From the sequence record SRR22947725_654: 64,000 nucleotides of DNA. One strand, given 5' to 3'. Of the stretch, positions 38,767 to 48,378 are shown piece after piece (position 1 is the first letter of the stretch; every line of letters begins with the position of its first letter). The notes under the pieces were generated by a model. That model was given only the letters and a program-made list of their open reading frames with translations. It was not told the DNA's origin and made no database searches. Position numbers and translations under genes: made by a program.

Positions 38767-39891
38767 ATGCCTGGCTTACTTCCTAACATTGATCCAGATG
38801 GACTCTTAGAATACTCAGTGGTCTACACTGATAGATCACTTAATCACATGTCAGCTTCTTTTCAGAAGGCGATGAATGATGTGTCATCCTCTCTAAAAAA
38901 AGTATACAACGCTGAGTCAGTAGTCCTAGTTCCTGGTGGTGGTACTTATGGTATGGAGGCTGTAGCGCGTCAATTTGCTACTGACAAAAATTGCCTTGTG
39001 CTTCGAAATGGATGGTTCAGTTATCGCTGGTCTCAAATTCTTGAGATGGGAAATATACCCTCTAAATTAACTGTTTTAAAAGCATCTCGAGAGATTGATG
39101 GGCCCCAAGAGCCATTTTCTCCACTAGATGTTGACCTCGTCATTGAAAAAATTAAAACAGAAAAACCAGCAATGGTCTTTGCACCACATGTTGAAACTTC
39201 AGCTGGTATTATTTTGCCTAATGATTACATTAAATCAGTTTCAGACGCGGTCCATTCAGTTGGTGGTATGTTTGTCCTTGACTGTATTGCATCAGGTGCT
39301 ATTTGGATTGATATGGAAAAATGTGGGGTTGATGTTCTAGTTAGTGCACCTCAAAAGGGGTGGAGCGCATCCCCGGCATTTGGAATGGTAATGCTTTCTA
39401 AGAATGCTTCTAAGAAGATACACAATACCCAGAGTACAAGTTTTTCTTGTGACCTTCTAAAGTGGCTTCAAATTATGCAGACTTATGAAAATGGGGGCCA
39501 TGCTTATCATGCAACTATGCCTACAGATGCCATTAAACACTTCCGAGATACTATAAATGAAACAGCTGAGTTTGGATTTGATAGGGCTCGAGACAAGCAA
39601 CAAGAGTTAGGTGATAGGGTAAGGGAGTTACTCAATAAACATCACTTTATTAGTGTTGCGGCTGAGGGGTTTCATGCCCCTGGGGTCGTAGTTAGTTACA
39701 CCAAAGACCAAGCAATTCATAATGGTTCAAAATTCAAAGATATGGGAATTCAAATTGCTGCAGGTGTTCCGCTTCAGTGCGATGAAGGTGAAGATTATCA
39801 AACTTTTCGTTTAGGGCTGTTTGGACTTGATAAGTTAAAAAATGTCGATGCCGCAGTTCAAAAGCTCGAAGATGCTTTTAACAATTTATAA
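38767..39891 (+). CDS. Class V PLP-dependent aminotransferase (alanine-glyoxylate/serine-pyruvate type)
   Basis: PGGGTYGMEA, HVETSAG, LDCIAS, PLP lysine in SAPQKG, FRLGLFG. Confidence 0.88.
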   Translation: MPGLLPNIDPDGLLEYSVVYTDRSLNHMSASFQKAMNDVSSSLKKVYNAESVVLVPGGGTYGMEAVARQFATDKNCLVLRNGWFSYRWSQILEMGNIPSKLTVLKASREIDGPQEPFSPLDVDLVIEKIKTEKPAMVFAPHVETSAGIILPNDYIKSVSDAVHSVGGMFVLDCIASGAIWIDMEKCGVDVLVSAPQKGWSASPAFGMVMLSKNASKKIHNTQSTSFSCDLLKWLQIMQTYENGGHAYHATMPTDAIKHFRDTINETAEFGFDRARDKQQELGDRVRELLNKHHFISVAAEGFHAPGVVVSYTKDQAIHNGSKFKDMGIQIAAGVPLQCDEGEDYQTFRLGLFGLDKLKNVDAAVQKLEDAFNNL

Positions 39892-39897
39892 ATACTT

Positions 39898-40341
39898 ATG
39901 AAAGTTGAGTCTTTAATCAGAACTGATAAAGAGGATTGGAGCAAACTATATCATGGCTATGCTAACTTTTATAAAATGCCAATGAATAGTGATATTCTTG
40001 ATACAGTTTGGGATTGGATTTTTAACCCTGATATTAAATTTTATGCGATAGGTGTTAAGTCAGAACAAGAAGAATTGATTGGTTTTATGCATTTTAGAGA
40101 AATGCCATCACCCTTAAGAGGCAAACTTGTTGGGTTCTTGGACGACCTGTTTGTTCGTCCTGATTTTAGAGGCTCTGGGGCAGTTCAATTGTTATTTAAA
40201 GATTTAAAGTTGCAAGCTCAAAAGAATGGCTGGCCTTATGTGAGATGGATAACTGCCAGTGATAATCAAAGAGCAAGAGCCGTTTATGATCATATTTCCG
40301 AAACAATTGATTTTGTTACTTATCAGATGCATACCCAATAA
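39898..40341 (+). CDS. GNAT-family N-acetyltransferase
   Basis: LDDLFVRPDFRGSG, WIT..DN.RA..VYD. Confidence 0.88.
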   Translation: MKVESLIRTDKEDWSKLYHGYANFYKMPMNSDILDTVWDWIFNPDIKFYAIGVKSEQEELIGFMHFREMPSPLRGKLVGFLDDLFVRPDFRGSGAVQLLFKDLKLQAQKNGWPYVRWITASDNQRARAVYDHISETIDFVTYQMHTQ

Positions 40342-40460
40342 CTTTTCAATTATTAGATTAACCTGTTGGCATATCAATTGTATTCTTTTGGCTCCATATT
40401 TAATCGTTGACTATAACTAATCTTATTTACAATCATTTTTATAAAATCTAGAGATTATTT

Positions 40461-41174
40461 ATGAAACTTGGTGAAATAATTGAACATTATTCAGAGCCGC
40501 CTCATCCCAAAGGTGTATCAATTGAAGGGAATATGGTGACCTTGAAACCATTAGTTGCCAATCAATTTGCAGAGGAGCTTTTTCTATCCAATGCAATAGA
40601 TATTGAAGGAGATAATTGGACTTATCTACCGTATGGGCCCTTTAAAAGTGAATTAGAATATGCAAGCTGGATAGAATCTTTTGAAGAAGGTAGTGATCCT
40701 GTATTTTTTGCTATCATAAGCAAAAAACTAAAAAAAGCCATAGGTATTGCGAGCTATTTGAGAATTAATCAGGATGCCGGGTCAATTGAAGTTGGACATA
40801 TTAATTACTCTCCGCTATTACAAAAAACGACAGAAGCTACAGAAGCAATGTACTTAATGATGAAGTGGGCATTTGAAAATGGTTATAGGCGTTATGAATG
40901 GAAGTGTAATGCGCTTAATTTAAGATCTCGTGCCGCGGCTCAAAGATTTGGTTTCTCATATGAAGGAGTCTTCAGGCAGATGGCTATTGTCAAAGGGAGG
41001 AATAGAGATACGGCATGGTTCGCAATGATTGATAAAGAGTGGAACAGTATTGAAAAATGTTTTACTCAATTTTTATCGGAAAGCAATTTTGATGATAATG
41101 GTAAACCCAATTTATCTTTAAGTTCGCTAACAAAGCCATTACTCTATAAGCTAGACAACTTAGATCTTTCCTAA
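40461..41174 (+). CDS. GNAT-family acetyltransferase (RimJ/RimL-like)
   Basis: WTYLPYGPF, IEVGHI, GYRRYEWKCNALN, GF.YEG.FRQ, RNRDTAWF. Confidence 0.88.
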   Translation: MKLGEIIEHYSEPPHPKGVSIEGNMVTLKPLVANQFAEELFLSNAIDIEGDNWTYLPYGPFKSELEYASWIESFEEGSDPVFFAIISKKLKKAIGIASYLRINQDAGSIEVGHINYSPLLQKTTEATEAMYLMMKWAFENGYRRYEWKCNALNLRSRAAAQRFGFSYEGVFRQMAIVKGRNRDTAWFAMIDKEWNSIEKCFTQFLSESNFDDNGKPNLSLSSLTKPLLYKLDNLDLS

Positions 41175-41182
41175 ATGGCAGT

Positions 41183-42064
41183 CTACCCTCTAGGGTGGTG
41201 CTTTTGATGCTGCATTTTTAGTTGCGCATTCTGAATGTGAGTGTAGAGCTGAGTGCTTGAAATATCGCTATGACCCAACATCAATTGAACTGAACGTAAA
41301 TCAGCTCCCTTCTGAACAAGGTGAGTTGCAAATGCATGCCTTAAAGAGTGCGGTGATATTGGTTTATTGATGCCTGCAGTTGCAGCGTAGCCCTTGATGA
41401 TATAAAAGAAGTTTTGTCTTGACATCGCGCTACCCCTATTAGATAAAAAATAGCTATCACATTGACCATTTTTCAAAAGTAATGTTCTTGAATTCCTTTC
41501 ATACTGGTCAAGAAAATCAATAGCCACCTCTCCTAATGGCAGCATTCTTTCTTTGTTTCCTTTTCCATGGACACGGACAAACTCCTCTTTGAGATTTAAA
41601 TTATGATAACTCAAGCTGATTAATTCTGAAACTCTTAATCCACAAGAATAAAGAAGCTCAAGCATTGCCCGATCCCTTTGGCCATATATAGAATTTGTAT
41701 TAGGAGCCTCTATTAATTTTTCAACTTCTTGTATGTTTAAAAAAATAGGTAGTTTTTTTTCCAACTTAGGATAATCCATCTGTTCAGTTGGATCATAATC
41801 CATCTTTTGATTGTTTAACAAGTACTGAAAAAATGAGTGAAGGCAGGTAAGAATTCGAGACCGAGACGCAGCACTAAGATTTGATTTTTTCCTATAAGAA
41901 AAATAGTCATACACTATTTTTTTATCAACACTGTTGAATGGTCTTTGATTAAGCCATTTACTAAAAATTTTAAGATCAGAGCGATAAGCGTTCAATGTAT
42001 TTTTACTAGCACCACTGGTTAGCCAGTAATAATCGATAAATTGATCAATGAGATTATTGTTCAT
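41183..42064 (-). CDS. xerD: Site-specific tyrosine recombinase XerD
   Basis: NTLNAYRSDL, RDRAMLELLYSCGLRVSEL, GKGNKER, SPHSLRHAFATHL, LGHSDISSTQLYTH, HHPRG; alternative TTG start at 42070. Confidence 0.93.
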   Translation of the reverse strand: MNNNLIDQFIDYYWLTSGASKNTLNAYRSDLKIFSKWLNQRPFNSVDKKIVYDYFSYRKKSNLSAASRSRILTCLHSFFQYLLNNQKMDYDPTEQMDYPKLEKKLPIFLNIQEVEKLIEAPNTNSIYGQRDRAMLELLYSCGLRVSELISLSYHNLNLKEEFVRVHGKGNKERMLPLGEVAIDFLDQYERNSRTLLLKNGQCDSYFLSNRGSAMSRQNFFYIIKGYAATAGINKPISPHSLRHAFATHLVQKGADLRSVQLMLGHSDISSTQLYTHIQNAQLKMQHQKHHPRG

Positions 42065-42100
42065 TAACAATCATTCTACTTAAGAATTTAAAGATTGGAC

Positions 42101-42128
42101 AAAAAAAATGCCAGTAAAAAACTGGCAT
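42101..42128 (-). terminator. Rho-independent terminator of rplS
   Basis: 8-bp stem ATGCCAGT/ACTGGCAT with a 5-nt loop, followed by a T run on the minus strand, 16 bp after the rplS stop. Confidence 0.85.
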
Positions 42129-42144
42129 CTATCTATTCAATGAA

Positions 42145-42495
42145 TTATTTCTTTTTGAGTTTCTCTTTAATTCTAGCAGCCTTACCTGTAAGTCCACGTA
42201 AATAATAGAGTTTCGCTTGACGAACTTTACCACTTCGCTTGACTGAAACGCTGTCAATCATTGACGAGTGTGTTTGAAAAACTCTCTCTACGCCTTCACC
42301 ATGTGAAATTTTTCGCACAGTAAATGCAGAATTTAACCCTCTATTTTTCTTTGCGATAACGACGCCCTCAAAGGCCTGTAATCTTTCGCGAGTCCCTTCA
42401 CGAACCTTTACCTGAACAACAACTGTATCACCTGGAAAAAACTCAGGGATATCCGATCTAAGTTGCTCACTTTCAATTTGATCAATTAAATTCAC
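42145..42495 (-). CDS. rplS: 50S ribosomal protein L19
   Basis: [43 protein letters not shown] start with SD AGGTG. Confidence 0.98.
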   Translation of the reverse strand: MNLIDQIESEQLRSDIPEFFPGDTVVVQVKVREGTRERLQAFEGVVIAKKNRGLNSAFTVRKISHGEGVERVFQTHSSMIDSVSVKRSGKVRQAKLYYLRGLTGKAARIKEKLKKK

Positions 42496-42531
42496 GATTG
42501 CACCTATTTGGGGTTTCTGAAAAAAGCGCTA

Positions 42532-42560
42532 ATTATACATATTTTTTCTTTCTTACACAA
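42532..42560 (-). promoter_or_regulatory. Putative sigma70 promoter of rplS
   Basis: Minus strand TTGTGT-17 bp-TATAAT. Confidence 0.55.
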
Positions 42561-42656
42561 GAAGCAAAGAGCTTTTAAATAGATCTTATTGATTTTATTT
42601 TTTAAATGTTTTAACCATAATATGAGATAATCTTAATGAATAAAAAAAAGTAATCA

Positions 42657-44096
42657 ATGGGAAAAGCAACAGGTTTTTTAGAGTTAGACAGGCAGGTTGA
42701 GTCATACCGTGAAGTGGATATCCGCATCAATGATTATGATGAGATTTTTTCTGGCACTCACAACTTAGATCAACTCCAAGAGCAAGGCTCAAGGTGTATG
42801 GATTGCGGCGTCCCTTTTTGTCAGTCCTCAACTGGCTGCCCAATAGATAATTTAATACCCGAGTGGAATGATCTCGTTTACAACAATGAATGGCAAGAGG
42901 CTTTAGAGCGTCTTGAAAAAACTAATAACTTCCCTGAGTTTACTGGGAGGGTGTGTCCAGCTCCATGCGAGGGTTCATGTGTACTAGGCCTTAATAACCC
43001 AGCTGTTACAATTAAAAATATTGAGTTAGCTATTGTTGACAAAGGTTTTGAGGAAGGCTGGATTAAACCTAAACTTATTGAATCAAGAACAGATAAAAAA
43101 GTTGCTGTGGTTGGTTCTGGACCTGCTGGTCTCGCAGCCGCTGATGAGCTTAATCAAATGGGGCATTCTGTTATGGTCTATGAACGAAGTGATCGTATTG
43201 GCGGTCTTTTGATGTACGGTATCCCAAATATGAAATTGGGTAAGGATGTGGTTGATCGACGTGTTGATTTATTAATGCAAGAGGGTGTTGAGTTTAAGAC
43301 TAACACTGACGTTGGTAAAGATATTTCAACAGATGAGCTGCAAAATAATTTTGATGCGGTCGTTTTTACAACTGGAGCCACAAAGGCAAGAGATCTTCCA
43401 GCTGAAAACAGAAATGCCAAAGGGATTTATCCAGCAATGGATTACCTCACTTCAAATACCAAAAGTCTTCTTGACAATGGCATTGCTGATGAAAGTCAAC
43501 TTTCAGCAAAAGGAAAAAATGTTATTGTGATTGGCGGCGGTGATACTGGAACAGATTGCATTGGCACGTCACTCAGACAAGGCGCTAAATCGATTATAAA
43601 TTTTGAGTTAATGAGTCAGCCCCCAGAGCATCGTTCAGATACAAATCCATGGCCAGAATGGCCAGTGATTTTCCGTGTGGATTATGGTCATGAGGAATCT
43701 AATAAAGTATTTGGGAATGATCCAAGGCGATATCAGCTTCTAACAAAAGCATTTTTAAAAGATAGTAATGGTGCTGTTAAGGGAATCAAAACAATTAACG
43801 TTGATTTTGTAGATGGAAAATTAACTGAAATCGATGGTACTGAGAAAACCTGGGATGCTGAGTTGGTGCTTTTATCCATGGGATTCCTATCCCCAGAGCA
43901 TTATCTGAGTGACGATGCTAATATTGAGCTAGACGAGAGAGGCAACTACCAATCTAAGCATGGTGAGTTCAATACTTCAAGAAAAGGCGTTTTTTCTGCT
44001 GGAGATTGTCGAAGAGGTCAATCACTCGTTGTATGGGCAATTAATGAAGGTCGCGGCGTCGCAAATAGTGTGAATAGTTTTCTTTTAAATTCGTAA
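42657..44096 (+). CDS. gltD: Glutamate synthase small (beta) subunit
   Basis: MGKATGF, RCMDCGVPFC..GCP, GRVCPAPCEGSC, GSGPAGL, IGGGDTGTDC, AGDCRRGQSLVVWAI.EGR. Confidence 0.92.
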   Translation: MGKATGFLELDRQVESYREVDIRINDYDEIFSGTHNLDQLQEQGSRCMDCGVPFCQSSTGCPIDNLIPEWNDLVYNNEWQEALERLEKTNNFPEFTGRVCPAPCEGSCVLGLNNPAVTIKNIELAIVDKGFEEGWIKPKLIESRTDKKVAVVGSGPAGLAAADELNQMGHSVMVYERSDRIGGLLMYGIPNMKLGKDVVDRRVDLLMQEGVEFKTNTDVGKDISTDELQNNFDAVVFTTGATKARDLPAENRNAKGIYPAMDYLTSNTKSLLDNGIADESQLSAKGKNVIVIGGGDTGTDCIGTSLRQGAKSIINFELMSQPPEHRSDTNPWPEWPVIFRVDYGHEESNKVFGNDPRRYQLLTKAFLKDSNGAVKGIKTINVDFVDGKLTEIDGTEKTWDAELVLLSMGFLSPEHYLSDDANIELDERGNYQSKHGEFNTSRKGVFSAGDCRRGQSLVVWAINEGRGVANSVNSFLLNS

Positions 44097-44112
44097 AGGT
44101 TCGATCGTAGAT

Positions 44113-44436
44113 ATGGCTGAAATATTGGGTGCTGAAGTTGATGAAGAGGGTTACTTGCTTAATACAACTGACTGGACGCGTGAGATAGCAAATGCTATGT
44201 CTGAAGAGGATGGTATAGAGCTCTCACCAGAGCACTGGGAGGTCATTAATTTCCTTCAAGAGTATTATAAGGAGTATGAATTTGCCCCTGCTGTTAGAGT
44301 TCTTACAAAAGCTATTGCAAAAAAACTTGGAAATGATAAAGGTAATTCACGTTATCTATATTCACTTTTTCCATATGGTCCTGCAAAGCAAGGCTGTCGA
44401 TTCGCTGGCTTACCAAAACCAACTGGCTGCGTTTGA
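44113..44436 (+). CDS. dsrC: DsrC sulfur carrier (both C-terminal cysteines present)
   Basis: DEEGYL, HWEVI, LFPYGPAKQGCRFAGLPKPTGCV; adjacent to dsrMK. Confidence 0.9.
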   Translation: MAEILGAEVDEEGYLLNTTDWTREIANAMSEEDGIELSPEHWEVINFLQEYYKEYEFAPAVRVLTKAIAKKLGNDKGNSRYLYSLFPYGPAKQGCRFAGLPKPTGCV

Positions 44437-44494
44437 GGAAAGCTTGGCGGCTTTAAGAAGAAATGACCTCCAATTTAATAAGAGGTAAAGTCAT

Positions 44495-45265
44495 ATGTCG
44501 TTGATAAGTATTCTTTTTACGTTCTTTTTTTATTTCTCTGCACTGATCTTTGTAGTCGGTGTTTCTTATAAATTAGTGCAGTATTGGAATACTCCAGCTC
44601 CTCTTAAGATACCTATCGCACCAGCCTCATTAAATAAATCTGGAGTCATCTTAAGGTATTTGAAAGAGATTTTTTTATTTTCAAGTCTTTACAAATCAAA
44701 CAAGTGGACTTGGCTTTTTGGATGGAGTTTTCATTTTGCACTCGTCCTTCTTTTTTTTCGTCATTTACCTTATTTTTGGCCAGGAGAGGTCCCTCTGGTA
44801 CTTTATAAAACTGAGGTCTTTAAATATTCGTCCTACCTGCTATTTTTTGGCTTGGTTGGATTATTAAGTCGAAGATTATTTGTTGATAGGGTCAGATATA
44901 TTTCCTCTCCTTCTGACTATCTCATGCTTTTGGTTTTGATCTTTATCACTGCTACTGGAATGTTAATGACTTTTGGTAATAATCATCCAAATATGTTATT
45001 AGTAACTAATTTTGCAAGTGGTTTGATTACTTTTAATTGGTCTGAACTCCCAAAAGAAATGATTTTTATGGCCCATATATTCCCTGTCTTTTGCCTCATT
45101 GCAATTTTCCCTATTTCTAAACTCCTTCATGGTCCAGGAATATTTTTTTCACCTACATTCAATCAGGTGGATAATGCACGTAAAAAAAGACATATATCTG
45201 ATTGGGCATTAAAAAAGGAACAAGGTTCAAAAATAGATATTGAAAACAATAATGATAAGACATAA
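44495..45265 (+). CDS. dsrM: DsrM, NarI-like di-heme b membrane subunit
   Basis: TPAPLKIP, WLFGWSFH, FFRH, RVRYIS.PSDY, FPISKLLH.PG.FFSPT.NQVDN. Confidence 0.9.
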   Translation: MSLISILFTFFFYFSALIFVVGVSYKLVQYWNTPAPLKIPIAPASLNKSGVILRYLKEIFLFSSLYKSNKWTWLFGWSFHFALVLLFFRHLPYFWPGEVPLVLYKTEVFKYSSYLLFFGLVGLLSRRLFVDRVRYISSPSDYLMLLVLIFITATGMLMTFGNNHPNMLLVTNFASGLITFNWSELPKEMIFMAHIFPVFCLIAIFPISKLLHGPGIFFSPTFNQVDNARKKRHISDWALKKEQGSKIDIENNNDKT

Positions 45266-45270
45266 TAATT

Positions 45271-46809
45271 TTGACTAACGATAACCCAATAAAGCTTCCC
45301 ACATACATTGAAGTGCCAGCAATTAAGAAAGACGCAATGGCAGGCAATGGGCCATTTAAGGCGAGCAAAGATATTCAACAGAGCCTAGGTTTTCCTGGAG
45401 AAAAAGTGGATAACTGGCAACAGGTTGCCATTGATAAAATCGCTGAAACCAAGTCTAAATACCGTTCAGTCCAAGTTTTCCTAGATGCCTGTGTAAAGTG
45501 TGGAGCTTGCTCAGACAAATGTCATTATTATCTAGGGACGGCAGATCCAAAAAATATGCCTGTAGCGAGGCAAGATCTTTTTCGAAGCGTTTACAGAAGA
45601 CACTTCACTTTTGCAGGCAAGTATTTTCCAAGATTAGTTGGCGCTAAAGATTTTGATGAAAATATGCTTGATGATTGGTACAACTATTTTCATCAATGTT
45701 CACAGTGCCGAAGATGTGCTGTTTACTGCCCCTTAGGAATAGATACAGCTGAAATTTCTATGGCTGCTCGTGAAGTGATGAATGTCATTGGAGTTGGTCA
45801 AAAATACCCTAATCAAATTTTAGGAAAGATTAATAAAATTGGAAACAATTTAGGAATGCCTGAACCTGCATTGAGAGATACACTTGAAGACCTTGAAGAT
45901 GAGATCAAAGATGAGACTGGAGTGAATGTTAAACTTCCCTTAGATATTAAAGACTCTGAAGTTTTAATGGTAACTCCTTCAGCAGATTTTTTTGCTGAAC
46001 CCCACATTGATGGACTTATTGGCTATGCCAAAGTATTTCATGAGAGTGGTGTGAGTTGGACATTAAGCTCTTACGCTTCTGAGGCGGCAAACTTTGGTAT
46101 GTTCATAGGAAACTATGACGTAATGAGGCAAGGCGCCTTGAGGATTCGTAAAGCTGCTATTGATTTAAATGTAAAGCGAGTCATAGTTGGAGAGTGTGGG
46201 CATGCCTGGCGTGTTGCTTATAGTTTTTGGAATACCCTTACAGGTATTGGTGAAGGGGGAATTGATGAGTATTCATCAAGACTTCAAAAGCAACTTGATA
46301 GTAATTACCCGCAGCCACAACATATGATTGAATTTACATATGACTTAATTCAAAAAAATAAACTATCCTTTGAGAAATCTAGAAATGACCATCGAATAGT
46401 TACCTTTCATGACTCCTGTAATGTTGCTCGAGGTAGCAATATGGGGGATATTAAAAATGGGCAATTTATCTTGCCCAGAGAAGTCATTAAGGCGGCCTGC
46501 AATAATTTTGTAGAGATGCCAAAGAATACTATCAAATCCTCCACTTTTTGTTGTGGCGGCGGCGGCGGACTTTTAACGGATGACCTTATGGATTTGAGGA
46601 TAAAGGGGGCTAAGCCAAGAATGCATGCTCTGAAGCAGACTGAGCAAGAAAGTGGAGTAAACACCCTGGCTGCGATCTGTGCTATCTGTAAATCACAGTT
46701 TTCTAAAGTTCTCCCTAATTATGATTTTGACCCATACATGATTGTGAGTGTTCACCAGCTCGTTAGTGAGGCTATTGTGTTAAATAAAAGCTCAGATACT
46801 GAAGCATAG
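45271..46809 (+). CDS. dsrK: DsrK, heterodisulfide-reductase-like Fe-S subunit
   Basis: CVKCGACSDKC, CSQCRRCAVYCP, GECGHAWR, HDSCN, CCGGGGG, CAICK; TTG start. Confidence 0.92.
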   Translation: MTNDNPIKLPTYIEVPAIKKDAMAGNGPFKASKDIQQSLGFPGEKVDNWQQVAIDKIAETKSKYRSVQVFLDACVKCGACSDKCHYYLGTADPKNMPVARQDLFRSVYRRHFTFAGKYFPRLVGAKDFDENMLDDWYNYFHQCSQCRRCAVYCPLGIDTAEISMAAREVMNVIGVGQKYPNQILGKINKIGNNLGMPEPALRDTLEDLEDEIKDETGVNVKLPLDIKDSEVLMVTPSADFFAEPHIDGLIGYAKVFHESGVSWTLSSYASEAANFGMFIGNYDVMRQGALRIRKAAIDLNVKRVIVGECGHAWRVAYSFWNTLTGIGEGGIDEYSSRLQKQLDSNYPQPQHMIEFTYDLIQKNKLSFEKSRNDHRIVTFHDSCNVARGSNMGDIKNGQFILPREVIKAACNNFVEMPKNTIKSSTFCCGGGGGLLTDDLMDLRIKGAKPRMHALKQTEQESGVNTLAAICAICKSQFSKVLPNYDFDPYMIVSVHQLVSEAIVLNKSSDTEA

Positions 46810-46813
46810 ATTT

Positions 46814-47935
46814 CTATAAGGTACTGTAATATTTCAAAATGCCTTGATAGATTGACTGTGCAATTTTAGTTTGTTGCTTACTGTTGGTGAGTCTCTTTTC
46901 CTGAGTTGGATTCGATATAAAGGCAGTTTCGACTAATACCGAGGGAATTGAAGGAGACTTCAGTACAACAAAGTTAGCTTTCTGAGGAACTTTTTTATGA
47001 ATTGGTCCAATTTTTTCAAGTTGCTTTATTATCTCGTTTGCAAGATTAAATGATTGCATGTCACGATCCTTTCTTGAAAAATCTTTCAAAATATTTTTGA
47101 GAAACTGGTCACTATCAATAACCGATTCGACTCCTCCAAATTGATCAACTACGTTTTGAGATGTTTCCAACTGTTTTGCCAATTTACTATTATTCCCTTT
47201 CTCGCTTAATGTATAAACAGAGGCACCTTTAGCAACAGGACTTTCGACAGCATCCGCATGAATGGAAATAAACATTGTCGCTTTTTCTTTTTGAGCGATT
47301 GTAATTCTTTTTGTTAGTGGAACATAATAATCACCACTTCTAGTTAATACTGCCTTCAAATTCTTATTTTTATTAATGATTGCAACTAATTTTTTAGCAA
47401 TAGCCAGGTTGACATCTTTCTCTTTAGATCGGTTTTTTCCAATTGCGCCTGAATCTTCCCCGCCATGACCCGCATCGACAAGAATAATTTTTTGATTTTG
47501 AATAGGCGTAACTACTTCAGGCTTTGTAATTTTTTTTGTTATTTTGAGCTCTGAATCGATAACATCTACTACCAATCGATGGTATTTGTATTTTGCATTT
47601 GGCTTTAAAGTGAAGTGCTTAGTGCTAAATTTATTATTAATATGAACAATTAATTTAATAGTTTCTTTATTGCGTTTGATTCTAACTTTTTTTATACGAG
47701 AGTCTTTAAAGAAGAGATTTGAAAAAGTTTCAGATAAAACCTCAGCATCATCAAAGCTTATAACGAGGTAATCATCAAAACTTTTGATATTAAAAAGTGT
47801 ATCCTCTTCTTTATCAATAACGATTCGAGTATGGTCTGGAGCAGACCAGTATCTAAAATCGTAAAGTGTCGTTTTATCATCTGCAAGCGAGAAAGCAGAA
47901 TAAACAATAAAAAATAAACTTATCCAATAGCGCAT
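46814..47935 (-). CDS. N-acetylmuramoyl-L-alanine amidase (AmiB/AmiC type, AMIN + Amidase_3)
   Basis: Signal peptide, TRIVID, DAGHGGEDSGA, SIHADA, PSVLVETAFISN; downstream of tsaE. Confidence 0.93.
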   Translation of the reverse strand: MRYWISLFFIVYSAFSLADDKTTLYDFRYWSAPDHTRIVIDKEEDTLFNIKSFDDYLVISFDDAEVLSETFSNLFFKDSRIKKVRIKRNKETIKLIVHINNKFSTKHFTLKPNAKYKYHRLVVDVIDSELKITKKITKPEVVTPIQNQKIILVDAGHGGEDSGAIGKNRSKEKDVNLAIAKKLVAIINKNKNLKAVLTRSGDYYVPLTKRITIAQKEKATMFISIHADAVESPVAKGASVYTLSEKGNNSKLAKQLETSQNVVDQFGGVESVIDSDQFLKNILKDFSRKDRDMQSFNLANEIIKQLEKIGPIHKKVPQKANFVVLKSPSIPSVLVETAFISNPTQEKRLTNSKQQTKIAQSIYQGILKYYSTL

Positions 47936-48378
47936 TCTTTTATAGATTGACCTAAATCAGTTTGAAATGTTATTTTGGCATTTCTTATATCTCCATTGCC
48001 ACTTAATTCAATTGAAATATCTGATTTTGCTAGTACGCCTTTTCCTAGCTCTGGCCATTCAATAAGCTGAAGGCATCTAGGCTTGAGATATTCACGAATT
48101 CCGATATATTCTAATTCCTCTGGGTCTGTCAATCGATAGCAATCAAAGTGATGAATATCAACATTTTCATTTTGATAACTCTCAACAAGGGTGTAAGTTG
48201 GGCTTTTTACTTTGATGAACCCAAAGTACTTAATAAAGTTTTGAGCTAAAGTCGTTTTTCCGACGCCAAGATCACCAATCAAATATATGACACAAGGATA
48301 TTCAAGATTTGAGCAGCATTGGGCAAGTTTTTCACCCAGCGCTTTTGTGTCATCGAGATTTTTTAATATTAAATCCAA
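47920..48378 (-). CDS. tsaE: tRNA threonylcarbamoyladenosine biosynthesis ATPase TsaE
   Basis: GDLGVGKTT, VKSPTYTLVESY, HFDCYRL, IEWP. Confidence 0.95.
   Translation of the reverse strand: MDLILKNLDDTKALGEKLAQCCSNLEYPCVIYLIGDLGVGKTTLAQNFIKYFGFIKVKSPTYTLVESYQNENVDIHHFDCYRLTDPEELEYIGIREYLKPRCLQLIEWPELGKGVLAKSDISIELSGNGDIRNAKITFQTDLGQSIKECAIG

Noticed and set aside
42657-44096. Calling this gene dsrL
   Set aside because: At 479 aa it lacks a C-terminal ferredoxin domain and has typical GltD motifs (MGK.TGF, RRGQSLVVWAI.EGR).
44113-44436. Calling this gene tusE
   Set aside because: It has both C-terminal cysteines and sits beside dsrMK, with no tusBCD nearby.
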